Shown here piece by piece: positions 56,732 to 64,000 of a stretch of 64,000 bases of DNA (position 1 is the first letter of the stretch; each line of letters opens with the position of its first letter). The notes under the pieces were generated by a model, which saw nothing but the letters and a program-made list of their open reading frames with translations, searched no databases and was not told the origin of the DNA. Where the stretch lies: the NCBI GenBank assembly GCA_002633005.1, contig NMRA01000016.1, positions 525,352 through 589,351 of the forward strand, read 5' to 3'. This DNA is from Phoronis australis (lineage: Eukaryota; Animalia; Phoronida). The translations under genes were made by a program, and so were the position numbers.

Positions 56732-56974
56732 CATGCGCGCAGGCAGCCTTTAATATGGGGGGTCGAATTTCTGACAAGCGGACCTTTTTAATTGCTAATC
56801 ATAAAGCGGGAGGACTAGCACCTTCAGGTCTGTGAACTGCACATCTGCGCCTTTTAGTGGACTTTTGTCTCGTTTTCTCGGAGTTTTTGTTTCTCTGAGG
56901 CGGACCTTTTTACCTCCTTCGCTCGAACGAGCCCACCCCCCCGAGCCCCCCCCCCGCCCTGGGTGCGCGCAACG
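56732..56974. mobile_element. MITE, CATGCGCGCACCCAG family
   Basis: Family body; flanks TGCTG/CGCTG; a further fragment lies just upstream (about 56590-56679). Confidence 0.75.
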
Positions 56975-59791
56975 CGCTGGGACAAGAGGCAAGACCAGCC
57001 TCCAGTTCAGTAACGCTAGGGTCTCGCTAAAAAGCAAGACATCGCGAGATAACGTGAGTATTGCCGTGCATTTTAAATAGGAACACGTGACTTTCTGCGT
57101 TTTAGCTAGGTCCTAGCGTCTACTGAACGCACGCCAGCTCAGTGTCTGCCAGTAAATGGCCGCCAACCAACAGAATAATTGTTTAAACTTTGAGTTATTT
57201 TAGCACATGTTGCTATCGAGAGCAGAGTAAACTTATTGAACAAGAAGATTTTTAAATTAAAATTGTTTACACAGTCTTAGAAAAAGCTCCATTTTGCCTT
57301 GCCTTAGCAGCCCAAAAACGAAAATAGAGTTAGACCAATTCATTTTTATCCGTGTCATGGTATTCCTACCGTGATAGTATTCTACTGATTTCAGTTCCAA
57401 ACTCACAAGCCACAATTTTGCAATCGCTGACAGAGGGGCTGAGCTTGGGATAAACTTTAGCCCCCGCCCTTTTATTTCAGAGTGCTGACTGAAGATGAAC
57501 CTTTCTCAATATCGCATTCAGGGCAAAACTTAAAAGTATTTGGAAACGGTAGAGTCCCGTGTTTGGACTAAAGTTTTTTTGTTACACTCGAGAAGTGTCG
57601 TTTATTATTTCAGTAGCAAGGGATCAGCTCGCCTAAGGACCGGAGAGTCTACCAGAAGCTCAGCTGCGCCCTGAGTGGTCAACATTGCAGTTAAATCCTT
57701 TACACTGATTTTAATATGAAAAACACACTATACTATACACGACTGGACAATAGGCTCAATAGCATACCAGGAGTTGCATGAGATATTCAGGTCACATACT
57801 GTCGTTGTTCACAATTAACCTGCTTTATATAGACCTCCAACTATTGTGAATGTCTGCCTACGCTTAACAAAAAAATCGGTGACTGAAATAGCTTGCGGAA
57901 ATTTTACACTTGTTATAACTGTAAGTGTTAACCGCACACACACACTCACAGCTTCATCGGATACAGTGTAAGGACGGAACAAGGATAGTTTCTGTTCAGA
58001 TGTTCAGGTAAGTGAGAATCTCACCCGTCTCTGTGTGTGACCTCGTCTAAGCACACCTCTCAATAACAACCGAAATTAATCTCATTTGCGATGCAAGTTA
58101 TCGAAGACCTTCCACATGATGTCCTCGTGCTGGGATTGCAGGCCACGTTCGGATCGAGTTACAGTTTATTCCGGGACTCGGTGGACCAGATGAACAGGTC
58201 CTTGGTTGGGAATAAATGGAATTACACAGAAGAACACAGTTTCTGCCTGTCTAAAGTTATTTCTGCAATGGAGTCGCGTACAACCAACTGACCAATTTGT
58301 GCAAAGCCACTCAGTCACGGTTAAAACGTTCAATTGTTCACTGCTTTACTATTGTCATTTTTTGTCATTCATAAAATGCAGGGTAAGGTAAGTTTCATCT
58401 CCAAAATCATTTAGCAATGGGCAAACATAAAACTTGAAACAGATGGGTTAACAATTATGACAAGGCTTACCACGTCCGGGAGACTGAAATGGTTCTACTC
58501 TTAGTGCCGGGAGATAACGTCACAATGTCGATTTAATGTCAGTAAATTATAACAAACTTTCTTTTACAATAAAATTTGACTAACAAGGGAATTCAGTTGA
58601 AACCAGAGAAAACGAGAAAGCTGCTGATCATGACTGACCTAAGATACATAGCAACAACAACTAAAACGGGACAAAATCATCGCTTTTTGTCAAAAACAAT
58701 AAGTTTTGATTCAGATCAGCTATAAAATCGGCCTCATTTGGCCTCATTTTCATCCTGACTCAAATAAGAAACGATTCCTAGGATCGAGAAGAACTTGCAG
58801 CTCGTATTGTTGCTTCAGATAAGACACATTGCATTATTGCTCGATAATGCGGAATGTCCATCAACGATTCCAGTCGTTGTGTTAAATGTCTTTAAAAAAA
58901 CGACGGTAACGCCATGACGCCGCTTTTGAAAAACAAATAGGCCAGTGGTGGACGTATTTGACATGAGCACTTGGTGATATTCAATGTTGTGTTTTGGAAT
59001 TTGGGATCATTATCAGTATTTTAAACGAGGCTTCCCCTCGTTTCTGGAACAAACTGTTTCATTGGAGAGTAAGCGTTATTGGGAAGGGGTGGGGCGTTAA
59101 GGCGTGGCACAAGCTAATTCGACTACACCAAACATTCAACCCTCCTCGTGGTCACAATTTTCAGATTACTCCTCTAGCGCCACAACACTTCGCCATTGGT
59201 CATCGCCAATTTGGTACCCCTCCCGCCTTTAGTGTGCTGACTGTTTGGGGGCAATGGGTGGGGGGGGGGAGCAACTCCCTGCGGAGGAGTCCACTAGAAA
59301 CCTAAGAATCTATGTTTCAACAAAACTTCAAACCTGAACGCCCTACGTGCATTACGCATTTAGAGTAAAATTTAATGGCCTTTTAGAAAGTATTTGTGAA
59401 GATTTCTTTTAGGGTTCCAAAAGATGTACTGCCTAAATCATTCTTTAGGGGTACCAAAGTGACGTAAGAAATTCCTATCGCGGGGTTCGAAATTTGTGGA
59501 AATACGAGGAGAAATAATGTCATCTTGGAGAGCAGAAAGAAAGTCGTGTTCGAAATTTCCGTTAGTTGCTACAATTTTGGAGAGTAAAAATGACACTTAT
59601 GGTCAAAAGTCACTTCATTATGGTCATTAGTTTATTTAGGTGATGCTTTGATGGCACACATTGAAATGGCGTGGTTCCAGCTTCCCTGGTACAGTCTCTT
59701 AATTGTTGTGACACCGTCTCATCCGAGTATCTGGTAGTTGTCCCCCAGAGTAGAGGGGGTGGGTGGGTGGCAAATGGCCGAATTTCATTTA

Positions 59792-60145
59792 CAAAGTACC
59801 TAAACTACACGGTCAACGGACTCATAAACACGGCACGGACGCATGAACACGGCTCACGGACTTGCAAACACTGTCCACTGACTCACAAACACGGTAAAGG
59901 ACTCACAAAACACGATCCACGCACCCTATACACGGGACACGGATTCATCATTCACGAGGAAACACGGTTAACGGACCGCCAAACACAGTTTAGGGACACA
60001 ATGAAGATGTCAGCTGACCCAGGAAGCCGATAAGTCCTTTCCCGTGTTTGTGAGTCATTGGACGGTGTTTGCAGATCCGTGAGTCGTGTTCATGCTTCCG
60101 TGCCCGTGTTTATGAGTCCGTTGACCGTGTAGTTTAGGTACCTTG
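59792..60145. mobile_element. Palindromic MITE with about 110-bp TIRs and internal ACACGG repeats
   Basis: GTACCTAAACTACACGGTCAACGGACTCATAAACACGG / CCGTGTTTATGAGTCCGTTGACCGTGTAGTTTAGGTAC. Confidence 0.85.
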
Positions 60146-62654
60146 ATTAACCTACATTTAACTTCACGGAAACATCAATTTCTTGCAGGGTTATTTCAGA
60201 TTGGCAAAAATCATCTAGTACTATGCTGCTTGGGAGTAGGATGAATAGAAAATTTCCCGCGTTTCAGTCTGCACCACTTTCTTTTCTTCTGCAGTCGATA
60301 GTTTCGTCGATACATAAACATGCAAATTGGAACCAATGAACCCTGTCGGGTATCTAGACAGGAGAAAATAATCTTGATATATTAGACCGTCACATGGCCA
60401 CACAATGCAGAAAATATGCAGGCACGCATAGCCCGCCGTTCGAGTTAACTGCAGAACGTTAAATTTCAAAAAATTTTTGAAATCCATTATCTACTGTATG
60501 TAATTATTTAGCGATTCCGGGGGGCATGCACACCGGTATTTGCAATTGATGGGTAACCGGAAGAGCACGGGAGACGGGGCGGGGCATTACACTGGGGTTG
60601 GAGCCCTCTCCAAAGAAATGTTCGGGATTTACTGTGACTCAACTCGACGCTCATTCCTTTGGTAGCTTGTTACAGTTTAAAAATTAACCTGGTTCTGCTG
60701 CAATTAAAATATTCTGTTTACGTGTCTGAGTATTAAAAAACAATCCTCAGTTTCTGTCATTTTTAAAGATATTAGAAAGATAATTTATATTCAAAGAAGA
60801 ACTTTATTACTGAAATAATGGTAATTTAGATTAATACCAGGCAACCTAGAAAAACTGGCTTACCATAACTTTTTACTCACAACATCCTAACCATAGCGGG
60901 TGGGTTTGTTGAGGGGAAATATGTGTGTGGGTGCGTGCGTTTGCGCGTGTGCGCGTGTGTATGTATGTGTATATACCAATGAAAAATTAAAACCGGTTTC
61001 CCAAAACTCACGATTGCCCATAAAATACTTTGAGCACGTTAATCAGTTAAACATGTACTATGTACAATGTACAAGGTTATTAAAACTCATATTCTAGACA
61101 GTCTCATCCAGATGAGCGAGTTTCCTACGAATAACTGCCACCTCATCAACAATTCGTTCTTAATAACGACCTAACTATGGGAAATATTGTTTTTGTGCAA
61201 TTCACAAATAGTGGGGGGGGGGGGAGGGGGCAAACAAAAACTTTCTGGCCAGAGCCACAAAGACTAACCGAATATGCTCCTATTTTTTTCGTCTACCTGT
61301 TTCACAACTATCTCTTTTCTCGACTGACCGCTGTACTCGGCAGACGCTTTTGCCGCCGGGTCGTTACGGTTTCCCCGACGCCTGCCGAATGATGGGGGTG
61401 GGGGGAAACGTTCCCCAGCGGCTAATTTCTTCAGCCTCGTGTTTACAAATACAAGGAAATAAAAATATTTGCCAATAAAAATATTTTACCTTAGTATGAA
61501 TATAATCGAGGGAAAGTACCTGACAAAGAGCGCAGTCTGCTTTCATCGTGACCGTTGGCGGTAGACAATAGACCGATTCTAAAGTAAGTCGCTTTCATTT
61601 CCGCTATTCTTTCAGTCGAAAGTTTATAGCCGAAATAATTTAACTCAGTAGTTTCGATCTGAGTTTCGTAGCCATTCATTGAATTTCACAAACGATTAGC
61701 TCTGAATGGGGCTTTAATCCATTCAACTGGCTACAACAACAATCCTGTGCAACAGTCTGCATGCCGTCAAATACAAAAATAGTCGCTATGTGTTGCTAAA
61801 AATACTTGCACTGGCAGACATTCCTGAAGATAGTATAATGTAGTAAGAGGAAGACGAACGAGGACAGTTAGGACAAAACAGAACTTTTAATAAATAGTTA
61901 ATTAGAGACCTGACATCGTATTATCACTGAAAAATTAAGGTGAGTGGGAACCAGGGACAACATTTTGTAATTGCCTTGTCAAAGTTTCAAATATTTTTTG
62001 TGAAGTTGTTCAATCCACCATAAGGGATGAGGGAACTATAGCCCCCACTTATTTCAGTGCTGCGCCGCCCACGCATAAGTCAACCACGTGAGAGCTTCTC
62101 CATTTATTAGCAACGTTTCACAAAACCTGTCACTCATCTGTCAGTGAACGTTTGCGTGTCGGCGAAAAATCGAGGCCCAGTGTTCTACCAGGACTTCTTT
62201 TACAACCTGTTGTTTGGCAGTTCTTGATGAACCGATTCGTGGTCGCGCCGGTCTTGGTCCCAGGTGGCTATGTTGCATAACGTCAATCCACAGCTAAGTC
62301 ATCTTTTTTCACAACAGATTCGATCGATGTACACCCAGCTTACTCGTCTCAGGATGGCCACCCTTTCTTATTAGAGTCGACATCGAAATTTTAAACTCAC
62401 TAGCCCAGGTGTCGACGAGTTCCGTCGTTGCTATATCGAATTTTATTTTACTCCGTTCATGCGAGTCTTCGGGAAATTTCTCAGCTAGTCTCGTTCTTAA
62501 AGATTCATAGTCATTGCAGTGAACGTTGTGCTATGAAAATAAAATGGAACTAAAAGTTTGTAATAAGACCTTCACAAATAAGATTGGAGATGTAAAAACT
62601 TAATGTTCTCATTCATAATTCCAGGTTATCAATCCCACAACCACCATTGACGCG

Positions 62655-64000
62655 ATGTCGTTCACCCTTTTGATAATAGCAGTTTTCAGCCTGTATTTAT
62701 CTCCAAGCGCACAATTGTCTCTGGATGGACAAACGATGGCCAAGAGACTCGACCAGTTCGCTGCCGACATGGGCAAAGATTTTTTGCAGGTTAGGGATAA
62801 GAATAGATGGGCCTTTCAATCAAAACACATCTTGACAATAAAGCTCACATAAATTGCATAACTAGATATGACCAGCAAACTGGTCTCAAAATTACATGTC
62901 CTTACCCGTAGCATGTGCGCACTCAATCTAAAAATGGGGGGGGGGTCTCGAATTTTTGAGAATGTGGACTTTTTACTGTAATTCACGGGGTACGTTTAGT
63001 GCTATGAATCGTGCATTCCTCGAATTTTGGTAGTTCCTGTCTTTTTAGTGGAGTTTTGTCTCCTTTTCTACTTTTTTCGGAGTTTTTGTTTCTCTGGGGC
63101 CAACTGTTTTGCCCACTTTGCCAAATGGGGGCTCGTTTGAGCCCCCGAGCCTCCCTTGGGTGCGCGCATGCGTAGCAAATATCACTTGCAACTGATCAGA
63201 AAGAAGTGGCCCTGTTTTAGAAAGCTTGGTCAACATTTTCGCAATTGATAGCATCTTCCTTTGTCAAAAGACCCGCTTTGTAATAGTTTGGACATGTCAT
63301 ACGTAGTGTATTCAACATTAAAACATTTGTATTATATTTTGTTCAGAAGTCATACGACCAAACTCCAGCCGTTGAGGAGCCGTTGGAAGGGCACGTTCTC
63401 GTGACTGAGGTAAGTGCAAAACGTGTGACAGTCGACACGCGTGTTGAGAGTGAGCTGAAAGATAAAGCGTTATCTCGCATCATTATGTACAGTTGGAACT
63501 TTCCCGCTACAGGCTCAAACTTGACTTGTGGTACTAGAAGCAGGCCGCCGGGGTCTGAGTAGGACCACCGCTGGCGTCCTGAACCAATTAAGGGCCTGCC
63601 GCAGCATAAATGACGAATAAGTAAAGACATGTTATGAATAGGCATGAAAAATAGAGAGGAAATTTTGTACAATATGCAAATATTGATTTTTCGAAGAAAT
63701 TCACGAATGTTGACAACTGGGGGCTCGAATTTTTGAAACTGTGGACCATTTACGTTGTACGTTCAGCGCTATGAAATGTGCATTCGCCGAATTTTAGTAG
63801 TTCCTGCCTTTTTAGTTGTCTTTTGTCTCGTGTTCTAAATTTTCGGTGTTTTTGTTTTTCTGAGGCTGACCTCTTTTGCCCACTTCGCCAAATGGGGGCA
63901 CGTGTGCGCATGTATTACTTTATTTGGCCGTTACTCTCTATTTTAGATCGCACGATCAATCGGCGGGAAGTTCACCAGGTTTATCGACGCAGCACTGAAG
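62655..64000 (+). CDS. CACHD1: VWFA and cache domain-containing protein (CACHD1/alpha2delta-like), N-terminal part
   Basis: Phase-0 exons 62655-62789, 63347-63409 and 63947->64000: signal peptide + LDGQTMAKRLDQFAADMGKDFLQKSYDQ...GHVLVTEIARSIGGKFTRFIDAALK, resembling the CACHD1 N-terminal helices. Only about 84 aa visible, so orthology is uncertain. Confidence 0.65.
62912..63170. mobile_element. MITE, CATGCGCGCACCCAG family, 5-bp TSD (another partial copy about 63715-63912)
   Basis: CATG termini with CGTAG on both flanks. Confidence 0.85.

Overview
Intron-rich, AT-rich animal genomic DNA, probably a bilaterian invertebrate; the ORF track is mostly spurious because the genes are spliced. Reading GT-AG exon chains by hand gives, in order: the 5' end of PLK4 (-, 2 coding exons) head-to-head across about 405 bp with a complete 15-exon HSP110/HSPA4-family gene (+, about 864 aa); two tandem paralogues of a small uncharacterised Cys/His zinc-binding protein (+; the second is missing from the ORF track); a 12-exon SLC5A sodium/solute cotransporter (+, about 652 aa); a 5-exon ARGLU1 (-, about 250 aa); and the first coding exons of a CACHD1/alpha2delta-like gene (+). 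Introns and spacers hold many non-autonomous TIR elements with 4-, 5-, 6- and 8-bp target duplications. Most notable: a candidate poison cassette exon in the ARGLU1 intron equivalent to the autoregulated mammalian intron 2, the PLK4-HSP110 linkage, the zinc-finger gene pair, and tandem duplications of splice donors inside HSP110. Family assignments come from recalled sequence motifs, not database searches.
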